Source: Dehalococcoidia bacterium
Lineage (GTDB): Bacteria > Chloroflexota > Dehalococcoidia > UBA6926
Assembly: GCA_965214725.1 (NCBI GenBank)
Contig: OZ243973.1
Coordinates: 1,799,705 to 1,863,704 of the forward strand
Direction of reading: 5' to 3'
DNA: 64,000 nucleotides
Under the pieces are notes generated by a model. The model worked only from the letters and a program-made list of their open reading frames with translations. It did not search any database and was not told the origin of the DNA. Made by a program: the position numbers and the translations under genes. Positions 17,515 to 27,259 of the stretch are shown here, piece after piece. Numbering within the stretch: the first letter of the stretch is position 1; every line of letters starts with the position of its first letter.

Positions 17515-19677
17515 TTACCCCACTCCCACAATCTCGCTCAGCAGCCCCTCCGTCTCCTGCTCCAACGCCAAGATGTCGGCCCGTATCTCCTCCAGCGGGC
17601 GCAGGGGCTGAGGCTTGTAGAAATGGCGGGTGAAGCTAATCTCGTAGCCCACCTTTGCACTGCTAGGCGTGTGCCAAGCATCTGGTGCGTAGGGCAGTAC
17701 CTCGCGACGGAGGAATGCCTCAATGCCGCCATCCTCGGTGAGCGGTACCTGCTCCGTATCGCGCAGGTCAGTGTCCGGTTCGTACTCAACGACGGTGGGC
17801 TTGCCCTTGACGGTGACGGAGAACAGACCACGCAGCGGGTCGGCCTCTATTCCCTTGTGGATCTTCTTGATAACCGGCGGCGCATCTTCTAATCGCTCGC
17901 CATCGTCCTTAAGCCGCTTGATTTCCTTAGCGGTGTAAGCCCGTTCCGGGTCGATTCCCCCTAGCCTCAGGGGCCTCTCCACAGTGACCTTCCAGTAGCC
18001 GAAGGCCTCGTTGGGGAATATCTTCGATTCCTCCATCTCCTCAAAGGCGAGGAAGGTGTCGCAGATGCGCCGGATGTCCTCATCGGACAACTCGCAGTTC
18101 TTGCTGCCAAGGTTCTTGCGCAGGGGTTTGAACCACTGGGTGGCGTCAATGAGCTGTACCTTGCCCCGGCGGTGCGCCGCCTTGCGGTTGCTGAGCACCC
18201 AGATGTAGGTGGCGATGCCGGTGTTGTAGAACATGTTGAGGGGCAAAGCGACGATGGCCTCCAGCCAGTCGTTCTCGATAATCCAGCGACGGATGTTGCT
18301 CTCCCCCTGCCCGGCGTCACCGGTGAAGAGAGAACTGCCGTTGTGGACCTCGGCGATGCGGCTGCCCATCGGCGTGTCCTGCTTCATCTTGCTCAGCATG
18401 TTCGCCAGGAACATCATCTGGCCGTCGCTGGACCGTGTGATCAGCGAGAAGTCGGGGTCGCTGCTGTGTTCCACGAGGAAGCGCGGGTCCTTGATGCCGG
18501 ACTTGCCACCCATGCGCTCCAGGTCGGTCTTCCAGCTCTTCCCGTAGGGTGGATTGGAGAGCATGAAGTCGAACTCTCGAGCGGGGAAGGCATCGGCAGA
18601 GAGGGTAGAACCGAACTGCGTGTTGTCGGCCTCGACGCCCTCGCCCTTCAAGATGAGGTCGGCCTTGCTGATGGCGTAGGTCTCGGGGTTCACCTCCTGG
18701 CCATATAGGTGAACGGACACCTCCTTGTCTTGCTCCTCAGCCAACTGTGTGAGCGTCTCCTCCGCGACCGTTAGCATCCCACCCGTGCCGCAAGCCCCGT
18801 CATAGACGAGGTACGTGCCGGACCTGACCTCATCGGCGACGGGTAGGAAGATGAGGCGTGACATGAGCTGCACCACGTCCCTTGGGGTGAAGTGCTCTCC
18901 GGCCTCCTCGTTATTCTCCTCGTTGAAGCGCCGGATGAGCTCCTCGAAGACCGTGCCCATGCTGTGGTTGTCCAGGCCCTCCAAGCGCACTGAACCGTCA
19001 GCGTTCAGGACGGGCTTGGGGCTGAGGTTGATTGAGGCATCAAGGAATTTCTCGATCAGGAAACCCAGCGCGTCCGCCTCCACTAACGTTGGAATCTGGT
19101 TGCGGAATTTGAACTTGTCCAGCACTTCTTGGATGTTGGGAGAGAATCCGTCGAGATATGCCTCGAAGTCGGCCCGCAAGCGTTGTGACTGGCCACGGGA
19201 TGTAAGATCGCGGAGTCTGAAGGGTGACGTGTTGTAGAAGGCCTCGCCGGATGCTTGGCGCAATGCTTGGTCTTGGTTAGTGATGCCGGCGGCGTCCAAC
19301 CGCTCTTTGGCGGCACGCACCTCGTCCTTGGTCGGTTCGAGCACGGCGTCCAGACGGCGGATCACCGTCATGGGCAGGATGACGTCACGGTACTTGCCCC
19401 GGACGTACACGTCCCGCAGCACATCGTCCGCAATGCCCCAAATGAAGCTGCTGATGTTGAGGGTGGTCATTGCTAGATGGGTTCCCTGTATGTGCTTCAG
19501 TTGATGGCGGGACCGTAGATGAGGTCCCACCTCCCCATTGTAACGATCAGAGATTGGGACGAACAACAATTCCCCGGCTAATCCCGAGCAGAGCAAGGAG
19601 TACATCTCTTCACGTTGCGAGTTCCAAAACAAAAAATGCCCACATACATGGCCAGACAGGTGGGAAGATGCAGTCAC
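17515..19677 (-). CDS. hsdM: Type I RM DNA methyltransferase M subunit (N6-adenine).
   Basis: 720 aa. Motif IV is LSNPPYG and motif I is VYDGACGTGGML. Confidence 0.92.
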   Translation of the reverse strand: MTASSHLSGHVCGHFLFWNSQREEMYSLLCSGLAGELLFVPISDRYNGEVGPHLRSRHQLKHIQGTHLAMTTLNISSFIWGIADDVLRDVYVRGKYRDVILPMTVIRRLDAVLEPTKDEVRAAKERLDAAGITNQDQALRQASGEAFYNTSPFRLRDLTSRGQSQRLRADFEAYLDGFSPNIQEVLDKFKFRNQIPTLVEADALGFLIEKFLDASINLSPKPVLNADGSVRLEGLDNHSMGTVFEELIRRFNEENNEEAGEHFTPRDVVQLMSRLIFLPVADEVRSGTYLVYDGACGTGGMLTVAEETLTQLAEEQDKEVSVHLYGQEVNPETYAISKADLILKGEGVEADNTQFGSTLSADAFPAREFDFMLSNPPYGKSWKTDLERMGGKSGIKDPRFLVEHSSDPDFSLITRSSDGQMMFLANMLSKMKQDTPMGSRIAEVHNGSSLFTGDAGQGESNIRRWIIENDWLEAIVALPLNMFYNTGIATYIWVLSNRKAAHRRGKVQLIDATQWFKPLRKNLGSKNCELSDEDIRRICDTFLAFEEMEESKIFPNEAFGYWKVTVERPLRLGGIDPERAYTAKEIKRLKDDGERLEDAPPVIKKIHKGIEADPLRGLFSVTVKGKPTVVEYEPDTDLRDTEQVPLTEDGGIEAFLRREVLPYAPDAWHTPSSAKVGYEISFTRHFYKPQPLRPLEEIRADILALEQETEGLLSEIVGVG

Positions 19678-19731
19678 TGACCTACATCCTTCCCACCTGT
19701 GGAACTCGTTGCGTTAGAACCCTTTAGCGGC

Positions 19732-20274
19732 CTACGCCGGTACTGCCACCTTCTCTTCCGAATGCCCGTTCTCCATTGCCACTGCCCATTCGAAGAGGGA
19801 GATGGACGGTTGGAGTTTGTGGGAGCGGCTCTTCTTCTTGTGGGCCGTCTCGGTCATGAACTCCGCCCAGGAGAAGAGCGCGCGTTGTGGCTCGTCAGTC
19901 GTGGGCTCCGCGCTGGTGGCGACCCGAAGAGAGCGCTTGGCTTCCTCCGTGGGCTGGATCTCCACGATGACGGGTGCAATCGGCTCGGTCACCTGCCATT
20001 CGTCGTCCACCAAGTAGGATTCAGACTCAGTCTCGGCGGTGCGGGCTTGGGCGAAGACAGCTTCGACGGTGTCCGCCGCGTCGTCATCGTCAGCGCCGTT
20101 GACGAGCTTGCGGGCGAGGGCCAGCATGAGGTCATCGCCATCGTCGCCGTAGGCGGCGAGGCCGTCCTCGGGGAGTTCGCCCTCAACCGCCAGCGACGAT
20201 TGGAGTTTCTTGGCGACCAGTTTGAGTGCGTCGGCTTGCAGGGTATTCCGGTAGGCCATGAAGATGACCTTCAC
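19732..20274 (-). CDS. Hypothetical acidic 180-aa protein between vapC and hsdM.
   Basis: It directly follows the vapC stop and lies 55 nt upstream of hsdM on the same strand. It has Asp/Glu-rich tracts. Confidence 0.45.
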   Translation of the reverse strand: MKVIFMAYRNTLQADALKLVAKKLQSSLAVEGELPEDGLAAYGDDGDDLMLALARKLVNGADDDDAADTVEAVFAQARTAETESESYLVDDEWQVTEPIAPVIVEIQPTEEAKRSLRVATSAEPTTDEPQRALFSWAEFMTETAHKKKSRSHKLQPSISLFEWAVAMENGHSEEKVAVPA

Positions 20275-20732
20275 GGGCCGGGTCTGGCCGATGCGCCCTC
20301 GTCAAACTCTCCAATCCACCGAACGTTGCCCCCGATCGTTTCCGCCGCTCGGAGGAATTTCTTGTCGGCAGTCCAGAGTTCGCAGTCCAAGGTCTCCGAC
20401 AGAGCAAGGTAGTGGGCGTCGTAAACAGCTCCTTGTTGGAGAACGCTTGCGAGCGTCAATGCCCTGGCGTGAAGCTCCGGGAATTCGTGAAGTTCGACTC
20501 CGACGGCCATCAGATCTTGGAGGAGACGTGTCGCCATTCCAACGCTGAGGTGCCCTCTCAATACGCGCTGGTGGAGCACGTTGGCAACCTCCGTGGGCAT
20601 CAGGTAGGGAGCCGCAAGCCGCGTTCCCTCACTGTCCAAGCGCCGCACCAAGGCAGTGGCCTTGTCAGAGTGCTCCTCTTCGATTAGCCACTTGACCGCC
20701 AAGCTGGCATCCACGACAGCGGAGCCGTTCAC
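20271..20732 (-). CDS. vapC: PIN-domain toxin VapC.
   Basis: The N-terminus AVVDASLAVKWLIEEEHS is the PIN strand-1 with an acidic residue. It has an ATGA overlap with the upstream antitoxin. Confidence 0.8.
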   Translation of the reverse strand: MNGSAVVDASLAVKWLIEEEHSDKATALVRRLDSEGTRLAAPYLMPTEVANVLHQRVLRGHLSVGMATRLLQDLMAVGVELHEFPELHARALTLASVLQQGAVYDAHYLALSETLDCELWTADKKFLRAAETIGGNVRWIGEFDEGASARPGP

Positions 20733-21022
20733 AGCGTATTCTTCGTCTCTCGCGCCTCCCGAAGCAGCTCAACCGAGTCTTCGGGCAGGGGCTGACCGCC
20801 GAAGAGTTCGCCTCGATGGCCCACGAGCCGCTCGAATGCCTCACGATTGAAGTGTTGCTCTGGAATGCCGTCAACTGCGTCCCTGGCCAACTCCTTGTTT
20901 ATGGCCGTTTGGCAGTACTGGCGCATGGTGACCCCTTTGAGCGCTGCAACGACCTTCAAGCGTCGCTGTACAGAAGCGTCTATATCCAGCGTGAGCCTCT
21001 TCCTCTCGGCGTCCATATACAC
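20729..21022 (-). CDS. vapB: Ribbon-helix-helix antitoxin (VapB/CopG-like).
   Basis: RLTLDIDASVQRRLKVVAALKGVTMRQY is the RHH signature. An AAGGAG RBS precedes it. Confidence 0.75.
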   Translation of the reverse strand: MYMDAERKRLTLDIDASVQRRLKVVAALKGVTMRQYCQTAINKELARDAVDGIPEQHFNREAFERLVGHRGELFGGQPLPEDSVELLREARETKNTL

Positions 21023-21129
21023 AATGCTCCTTGCCAGAATCCTATTGGAACAAGATTACTGCAAATGCAGAAACCCTTCAATGCGCGTGCGGTGAACCCG
21101 GCAACAAAAGGGGGGCACACTCGGCCAGA

Positions 21130-21177
21130 TGGTACCCCTGGGCGGACTGGATTGCGAACTTTTGAGGTGAGAGTGGA
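21130..21177. repeat. Second copy of the tRNA-3'-like 48-nt direct repeat, an internal att-like junction between the two islets.
   Basis: See 6180-6227. Confidence 0.6.
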
Positions 21178-21264
21178 GCAGACGGTGGTTGCCTTCTGGC
21201 CACTATGAACAGTTCTAGATGCTAGGTCATAGGCATCACGCAGTGTCTTGGTCGGCTAGCATCC

Positions 21265-21294
21265 TTGACACAAGAACGTTCGTTCTTTTACTCT
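21265..21294 (+). promoter_or_regulatory. Promoter with -35 TTGACA (21265-21270), an 18-nt spacer and -10 TACTCT (21289-21294). A LexA/Cheo-type SOS box AGAACGTTCGTTCT (21273-21286) is embedded in it.
   Basis: GAAC-N4-GTTC with palindromic flanks sits between the -35 and the -10, the classic repression geometry. It lies upstream of imuB. Confidence 0.6.
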
Positions 21295-21328
21295 GCCCTC
21301 TACCAATCTAGTGACGGTGGGGGAAACG

Positions 21329-22774
21329 ATGCGGGTTGCCTGTGTGCTCATTACGCATCTGAGGGCAAAGATCGAGATGCGGCGACGGCCGGATGTGGCA
21401 AACCGCCCCGCCGTGATCGTCGCGCGTGGACAGAAGAAGCCCGTTGTTGTCGACCACTCGCCCGCCACCTCTCGTATCAGAATCGGTATGACGCCGGAAC
21501 AGGCACTCTCGCAGCAGGCAGATACGCTGATGCTTGAGGCGGATGAGTCGACATATCGCAGCGTGTTTCGGCAGACGCTCACCGCTCTGCAAGAGGTCAG
21601 TGACCAGGTTGAGGACGCAGAGCTCGGGACGGCCTACGTGCGGGTGGCTGGGTTGGACGAGATGCACGGCGGCGCGGAGGCCCTTGTTGCCGCGCTGCAT
21701 GGCGCGATTCCGCGCTATCTGCAGGCGCGGATTGGCATCGGCGAGGGAAAGTTTGCCGCTTTCGCTGCGGCCGTTGCAAGCCCACCACTCGGCGTTGCGA
21801 CCGTTCCGCCGAATGCAGCTGAGTTCCTATCCCCGCGTTCCATTGATCTTCTGCCGATAAAGCAAGAAATGCGCCTCGCTCTCCGCCGTTTCGGACTCCG
21901 CACCCTGGGTGATGCGGCGGCGCTGTCTGAAGCCACGCTCATAGACCAGTTCGGCGCGGACGGGAGCGCGGCGTGGCGGCTCTCGCACGGCATCGACGAC
22001 AGCCCTCTCATTCCGCTCGCCTACGAGGAATCTATCTCGGAGCGCATGTCACTGCCGTTCGCGTCAAGCTCCCTGCAGCTTGTCACCATCACCGTGGACA
22101 CCCTCCTTAAACGCGCGTACGCCATGCCGCGAATGCGTGGCCGCTACGCCGGCGCCGTCACAATCCATTGCCTGCTGCTCAACGCGCCCGCGTGGGAGCG
22201 AACCTTGAGATTCAAGCGACCCGCCGGTTCATGGGAGCGTGCATCTGAGATTATCGCACCACAGATGGAGCAGGACCATCCGCTCGCGCCTGTCGAGGAA
22301 ATCAGCGTGACATTGAGCGAATTGAGCGGTGACGCAGGGATGCAGATGGGCCTATTGCGTAATCAACGCCGCGACCGGCACGAGCGGCTGCTGGAGGCAG
22401 ACAGGGGACTCCGCGCCCATCTCAAAGGGCGCAGCGCTCTCTACCAGGTCTTGGATGTCGCGCCGTGGCATCCCGCGCCGGAGATGCGCGCCCTCCGCGT
22501 CCCCATTGATGCCTCCACAGGCGATGACGCGACACCGCTGGCGCTGCCGACAGCGTTGGCCGTCCAAGAAGGTCCCAGCCGTCAGCCGTTGGCTGTGCAA
22601 CTCGGCAAGAAATGGCACAAGATCGCGCAGATCGAGGATTGGTGGAGCTTCGATCTCTGGTGGCTGCCACAGCCGCTTACGCGGACCTATTACCGTGTGA
22701 GTCGAGAGGACGGTCCGGAGCTCATCCTCTTCAGAGACCGGCATGACGATTGCTGGTATCAGCATGTGCCCTGA
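21329..22774 (+). CDS. imuB: ImuB-like Y-family polymerase paralog, the mutasome accessory subunit.
   Basis: It has a UmuC/DinB-like fold (ACVLITHL...VIVA...VVVDHSPATSRIRIGMT) but no obvious catalytic acidic triad. It directly precedes dnaE2. The start is at 21329, an ATG with a GGTGGGGGA RBS. The ORF-track start at 21311 is a GTG. Confidence 0.75.
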   Translation: MRVACVLITHLRAKIEMRRRPDVANRPAVIVARGQKKPVVVDHSPATSRIRIGMTPEQALSQQADTLMLEADESTYRSVFRQTLTALQEVSDQVEDAELGTAYVRVAGLDEMHGGAEALVAALHGAIPRYLQARIGIGEGKFAAFAAAVASPPLGVATVPPNAAEFLSPRSIDLLPIKQEMRLALRRFGLRTLGDAAALSEATLIDQFGADGSAAWRLSHGIDDSPLIPLAYEESISERMSLPFASSSLQLVTITVDTLLKRAYAMPRMRGRYAGAVTIHCLLLNAPAWERTLRFKRPAGSWERASEIIAPQMEQDHPLAPVEEISVTLSELSGDAGMQMGLLRNQRRDRHERLLEADRGLRAHLKGRSALYQVLDVAPWHPAPEMRALRVPIDASTGDDATPLALPTALAVQEGPSRQPLAVQLGKKWHKIAQIEDWWSFDLWWLPQPLTRTYYRVSREDGPELILFRDRHDDCWYQHVP

Positions 22775-22777
22775 GGT

Positions 22778-25700
22778 ATGGATGGCACAATGACGTCCCC
22801 ATATGTTGAGTTGCACGCCAAGAGCTTCTACTCCTTCGGAGAGGGAGCGTCCCACGTCCATGAATTGCTGGCGCAGGCAAAGGAATACGGCTATGAGGCG
22901 CTCGCCCTGACGGACACGAACCTGTGCGGCGCGCTGGAATTCGCACGGCTGGCCAAGAGCCTCGGTATCAAGCCGATTACGGGCGGCGAATTGACCATGC
23001 TGGACGGCTCCCGCATCACTCTGCTGGCCAAGAGCAGACAGGGCTACGCCAACATCTCACGCCTGTTTACGCTCGCCAACTCCATCGACCGCCGAGAGCC
23101 GCGCCTTGACCCGATCCATCTGCCCGACCATGCGGAAGGCGTCGTGCTCATCACGGGTGGGCGTGACGGCCAACTCTCCCGCCTTGCAATGAGCGGCCGG
23201 CATGACGACGCTCAAAGACTCCTGCGTGACTACATGGGCTGGTTTGGGCCGGACTCTGTATTTGTGGAGTTGCAGCAGAATCATATTCGCGGAGACACGG
23301 GGCGGAATCGTGAACTTGCCCGCCTGGCCAGGGACGCAGGCGTCGGCCTCGTTCCCACCAATGATGTCCACTATCATGCGCCGGAGCGGTACCAGCTCCA
23401 GCACGCGCTCGTCGCCGCCAAGCACAACGCCACTATCGATCAGGCACTCCCGCACATCCGCCCCAATCATCACTTCCACCTAAAGCCCGCTGAGGCGATG
23501 GCACGGCTCTTTGAGGGGGAATACCCGGGGATCATCGATGCTACACGCCGCATCGCAGAGCAATGCGATTTCAATCTGGCTGACAGCATCAACTACGAGC
23601 TGCCGGAGCCGGATGTGCCGACGGGCTACACAACGGATAGCTACCTGCAACGACTCTGTTTTGAGGCGGCATTGCGCCGATATGGCGGCATCTCGGAACG
23701 CGTCCGTGAACGACTTGATGAGGAGTTCAGACTCGTCAAGCGGCACGGTATTGCCGGATTCCTTCTGCTGTATCGGGATATCGTACTTTTGGCACAGCAG
23801 ATCATGGAGGAGCGCGGGCTGGCACCGCCCGAGATCCCGTTGGAAGAGAGGCCGCCAGGCAGGGGACGTGGGTCATCCGTCGCGCTGTTGGTCGGTTACC
23901 TCATCGGCATCAGCCACATCGACCCGATCAAGTGGGATCTGACGCTGGAGCGGTTCATCTCCGAGGACATGTCCATGCTACCGGACATTGACCTTGATTT
24001 TCCGCGCGGACTTCGGGATGAGCTCATCAGCCGCATTCACCAACGGTACGGCCCGGACTATGCGGCACTGACGGGCGCGATCAGCACCTACTCCGTCAAG
24101 GGCATCATCCAAGACATCGGTAAGGCGCTTGGCCTCCCCAAAGAGGACCTCACGCTCCTCTCCAAGCAGCTTCACTCCCACCACGCGGTTGACCTCAAAG
24201 AGGAGATGCTGCGCCTGCCCGCATACAAGGACCGTGTTGAGTCGCAAGGTTGGCGTGAATTGCTTGAACTTGCACCACATCTCATGGACGCCCCCCGCAG
24301 CCTTGGCCAGCACGTCGGCGGCATGATCCTCAGCAGCTCGCCCATCTCGGAGATGGCACCCATCCGTGAGGGGGCGATCGCAGGGCGCTACATTATCGAC
24401 TGGAACAAGGACACCATCGCCGATGCCAACGTGGCCAAGATTGATCTGCTTTCTTTGCCGGTACTGGACCAGCTGGAACAGTCACTCGATCTCATCGAAC
24501 AGCGGACAGGCAGTCGCCCCGACCTCAGCCGTGTGGAGCCGGACGACGACAACGTCTACGACATGATCAACGAGGGGCGTGCTAAGGGTGTCTTCCTGCT
24601 GCAATCACCGGCCCAGCTCAAGATGGCGCAACGACTCCGCTCCCGGAACCTACTTGATCTCGCATACCAGGTCGCCCTTATCCGCCCCAGTGTGGGTGTG
24701 CAGGGGAGTTCCGTCAGCCAATTCGTGGAACGCTATCGGCATGGCGTGGAGTGGGACTACGACCACCCATTAGAAAGGCGTGCTTTGGAGCGTGGCTACG
24801 GCATCATCATCTGGCAGGAGCAGGTGGTACAGCTGCTGTCAGATGTTGCGGGGGTGACAACGGCAGAAGCGGACGAGATACGCCGCGCCTTTGGTCGCCC
24901 CAATAACGCCGCCCTGCTTGAAATGCACCGGCAGCGATTCTTGGAGGGCGCTCAGCAAAACGGCGTGCCCGATGAAACGGCTCACAAGATCTTCGGCAAG
25001 GTCAACGGCCACTACATGTTCCCTGAGAGCCACAGCCATGCCTTCGCCATCACTGCCTACCAAGCCGCTTGGCTCAAATACTATTATCCGATGGAGTTCT
25101 TTGTGACCCTCATCAACAACCAGCCGATGGGTTTCTACCCGATGGAGACGCTCAAACAGGACGCGCGGCACTGCGGCGTCCCGTTCCTCAATCCTTGCGT
25201 CAATAGGAGTCAGGCGCTGTGCGTGCCGGAAGATGGTGCAGTGCGTCTTGGACTCGGCCTCGTTAGGGATGTTGGCGAGGCGGCGGCGCGAGCCATCGTG
25301 GAAGAACGAGAGGCGCGGGGCAGATATGGCAGCCCCGCCGACCTCGTGAGCCGAACAGGAATCACGCCCGGGGCTGCGACGTCACTCGTCATGGCGGGCG
25401 CGTTTGATGATCTTGCGCCCAACCGCAGGCAATCCCTGTGGGACGTTGGCCTTGCCAATCGCCCACTCAGGAGCGGTCAACGTACTCTCCCCACGTCTAA
25501 TGACCACGCCACACCTCAGTTCAAGGACTTCTCGGACTACGAGAAGATGGTGAGTGAGTATCGCGTCATGGGCACCTACCCGCGCGGCCACGTCATGGAA
25601 TTCGTACGCCCCACCCTGAGCGACCGTGTTCTGCGCACGTCCGAGGTGTACGGCATGCCTGAAAACCGAGAGGTGATTGTTGCCGGTTGGCCGATTGCAC

Positions 25701-25939
25701 GGCAGCATCCTCGCGGGCGAGACGGCACCGTCTTCGTCACCATTGAGGACGAGTGCGGCGACGTGCAGCTCATCCTCTGGAAGGACGTGTTCGCACGGTC
25801 GCGCCGCGCGTTGCGCAACCGCGTCATCATGGTGCGCGGCATCATCTCTCGCTGGGATGGCACAACGAATATCATTGCCTCCGAGATTCGTGCCATCAAC
25901 ACCGATGTCCCTATGCCGAGTGCCCACGATTGGCATTGA
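22778..25939 (+). CDS. dnaE2: Error-prone DNA polymerase III alpha paralog.
   Basis: 1053 aa. An N-terminal PHP domain (YVELHAKSFYSFGEGASHVHELL) and a Pol III alpha core are present, with no tau or beta-binding tail. It sits in the imuB-dnaE2 arrangement. Confidence 0.88.
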   Translation: MDGTMTSPYVELHAKSFYSFGEGASHVHELLAQAKEYGYEALALTDTNLCGALEFARLAKSLGIKPITGGELTMLDGSRITLLAKSRQGYANISRLFTLANSIDRREPRLDPIHLPDHAEGVVLITGGRDGQLSRLAMSGRHDDAQRLLRDYMGWFGPDSVFVELQQNHIRGDTGRNRELARLARDAGVGLVPTNDVHYHAPERYQLQHALVAAKHNATIDQALPHIRPNHHFHLKPAEAMARLFEGEYPGIIDATRRIAEQCDFNLADSINYELPEPDVPTGYTTDSYLQRLCFEAALRRYGGISERVRERLDEEFRLVKRHGIAGFLLLYRDIVLLAQQIMEERGLAPPEIPLEERPPGRGRGSSVALLVGYLIGISHIDPIKWDLTLERFISEDMSMLPDIDLDFPRGLRDELISRIHQRYGPDYAALTGAISTYSVKGIIQDIGKALGLPKEDLTLLSKQLHSHHAVDLKEEMLRLPAYKDRVESQGWRELLELAPHLMDAPRSLGQHVGGMILSSSPISEMAPIREGAIAGRYIIDWNKDTIADANVAKIDLLSLPVLDQLEQSLDLIEQRTGSRPDLSRVEPDDDNVYDMINEGRAKGVFLLQSPAQLKMAQRLRSRNLLDLAYQVALIRPSVGVQGSSVSQFVERYRHGVEWDYDHPLERRALERGYGIIIWQEQVVQLLSDVAGVTTAEADEIRRAFGRPNNAALLEMHRQRFLEGAQQNGVPDETAHKIFGKVNGHYMFPESHSHAFAITAYQAAWLKYYYPMEFFVTLINNQPMGFYPMETLKQDARHCGVPFLNPCVNRSQALCVPEDGAVRLGLGLVRDVGEAAARAIVEEREARGRYGSPADLVSRTGITPGAATSLVMAGAFDDLAPNRRQSLWDVGLANRPLRSGQRTLPTSNDHATPQFKDFSDYEKMVSEYRVMGTYPRGHVMEFVRPTLSDRVLRTSEVYGMPENREVIVAGWPIARQHPRGRDGTVFVTIEDECGDVQLILWKDVFARSRRALRNRVIMVRGIISRWDGTTNIIASEIRAINTDVPMPSAHDWH

Positions 25940-25999
25940 GCCGCGGTAGACTGTCTCAACGAGAGGCCGGAAGAATGCCATGATGGCGGGGGCAGCACA

Positions 26000-26668
26000 A
26001 TGTGCGGACGATACAGCCTGATCAGCGACCTGACTGCCTTACAGTCGCGATTTGACTTCGAGAATCCCGTCAACGACCATGCGCCCCGCTTCAACATTGC
26101 GCCGACGCAGAGCGTCCTCGCGGTGCGTTGGGAGGACGGGCATAACGTAGCGGAACACATGCGATGGGGGCTGATACCCTCGTGGGCGAAGGATATGTCG
26201 ATCGGCAACCGTGCCATCAACGCCCGAGCAGAGACCCTGGCGGAGAGACCCATGTTCCGCGCAGCGCTGCGCCGGCGCCGCTGTCTCATCCTCGCCGATG
26301 GATTCTATGAGTGGACGGGTACAGGCAAGGCGAGACAGCCCATGCGTATTCTGTTGACGACGGGCGAGCCATTCGCGTTTGCGGGTCTATGGGAGACTTG
26401 GACTAAACCAGAGGGCGAGATGGTCAACTCCTGTACGATCATCACCACAACACCGAACGATGTGATGCGCCCTATCCATGATCGGATGCCCGTTATCCTG
26501 CCACAGGAACACGAAGTCGCTTGGTTAAACCCCAAGAACAATGATTCAGCCGCAGTGCGTGAAATGCTGGTCCCGTATCCGGCGGACACGATGCACGCAT
26601 ACCGCGTGTCGACTCTCGTCAACTCGCCCGCCAATGACACGCCGGACGTGGTAATCAGGTCTGTTTAG
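26000..26668 (+). CDS. yedK: SOS-response-associated peptidase (SRAP/YedK/HMCES family).
   Basis: The N-terminus MCGRYSL carries the catalytic Cys2. Conserved WGL and the later motifs are present. Confidence 0.85.
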   Translation: MCGRYSLISDLTALQSRFDFENPVNDHAPRFNIAPTQSVLAVRWEDGHNVAEHMRWGLIPSWAKDMSIGNRAINARAETLAERPMFRAALRRRRCLILADGFYEWTGTGKARQPMRILLTTGEPFAFAGLWETWTKPEGEMVNSCTIITTTPNDVMRPIHDRMPVILPQEHEVAWLNPKNNDSAAVREMLVPYPADTMHAYRVSTLVNSPANDTPDVVIRSV

Positions 26669-26696
26669 GCGCTTCCAACCGCCTTGACGCTGACCT

Positions 26697-26725
26697 ACAC
26701 CATACGTACAAATGTTTGTTACGTA
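26697..26725. repeat. Inverted repeat catacgtacaaa-tg-tttgttacgtatg. It is a candidate recombinase site or a terminator.
   Basis: Arms of about 12 bp, AT-rich against a GC-rich background. It lies between the yedK stop and the recombinase remnant. Confidence 0.35.
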
Positions 26726-26776
26726 TGTGAGCCATGTTCTACACCTTGCGGACCGATACCAGAATAGGGATGCACA

Positions 26777-27257
26777 ATGACAGAAACTCATACAGCCTCC
26801 AAAGTGGCGCTCTTGCCCGTGTTTCAAGCGAGAGGCAGGCGTTGATCTCTCCGTAGCGGCCAGCTGCGGGCGCTCAGAGATTACGCGTCAAAGAACGACT
26901 ACATCGTCGCACGTGAGTATATCGACGAGGCCGAAAGTGGCCGTACTTCCGAGCGTCCCGAGTTCCGGTGGATGATTGACGATGCCACCGGGCCGGATGC
27001 CCCATTCAAGGAGATTCTCGTCTGGAAATTCAGCAGATTCACCCGCAAGCGGGAGCATGCTGTCGCCTTCAAGTCGATGCTCCGGCGGGCGGGGCATCAG
27101 GGTGTTCTCAATCACGGAGCATGCTGATGACTCACCGATGGGCAAACTCATGGAGGCCATCATTTCCTACACGGTTCCAATGCCGGAAGATAACCCCATC
27201 GGCAGTGTGAGGGTCGGCACAATCGACTTCGAGGCGAAATTTCGCAATACAGACAGG
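26777..27257 (+). pseudogene. Decayed serine recombinase (resolvase/invertase catalytic domain).
   Basis: It reads MTETHTASKVALLPVFQARGRR*SLRSGQLRALRDYASKNDYIVAREYIDEAESGRTSERPEF...ILVWKFSRFTRK, compared with the canonical VAIYARVSTDEQ..SLEAQ..LREYA...G..IV.EY.D.G.SG..RP.L. The catalytic YARVS motif is mutated and there is an in-frame TGA at 26843. A frameshift near 27090-27125 leads into ...SITEHADDSPMGKLMEAIISYTV. The ORF runs into the tRNA. Confidence 0.55.
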
Positions 27258-27259
27258 TC

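Larger units (their letters stand above)
6180..21177. mobile_element. Putative genomic (defence) island delimited by tRNA-3'-like direct repeats. No intact integrase lies within it.
   Basis: It is flanked by direct repeats. Its cargo is QueC-like, ImmA/PIN, type I RM and VapBC. The left third (6.3-11 kb) appears to have lower GC than the surrounding core genes, which is a qualitative impression only. Confidence 0.45.
21178..27259. mobile_element. Putative tRNA-Arg-associated islet carrying a LexA-regulated mutasome (imuB-dnaE2), SRAP/yedK and a decayed serine recombinase.
   Basis: It is bounded by the tRNA-like repeat at 21130-21177 and the intact tRNA-Arg 3' end at 27260. A recombinase pseudogene abuts the tRNA. 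Confidence 0.4.

Noticed and set aside
19699-20412. 237-aa plus-strand ORF antisense to orf180 and vapC.
   Set aside because: It overlaps two co-oriented minus-strand genes that have TA-motif support. It has no RBS.
21207-21215. GAACAGTTC upstream of the imuB promoter, as a second SOS box.
   Set aside because: The spacer is 1 nt and not 4, so it does not fit GAAC-N4-GTTC. The 21273-21286 site does.
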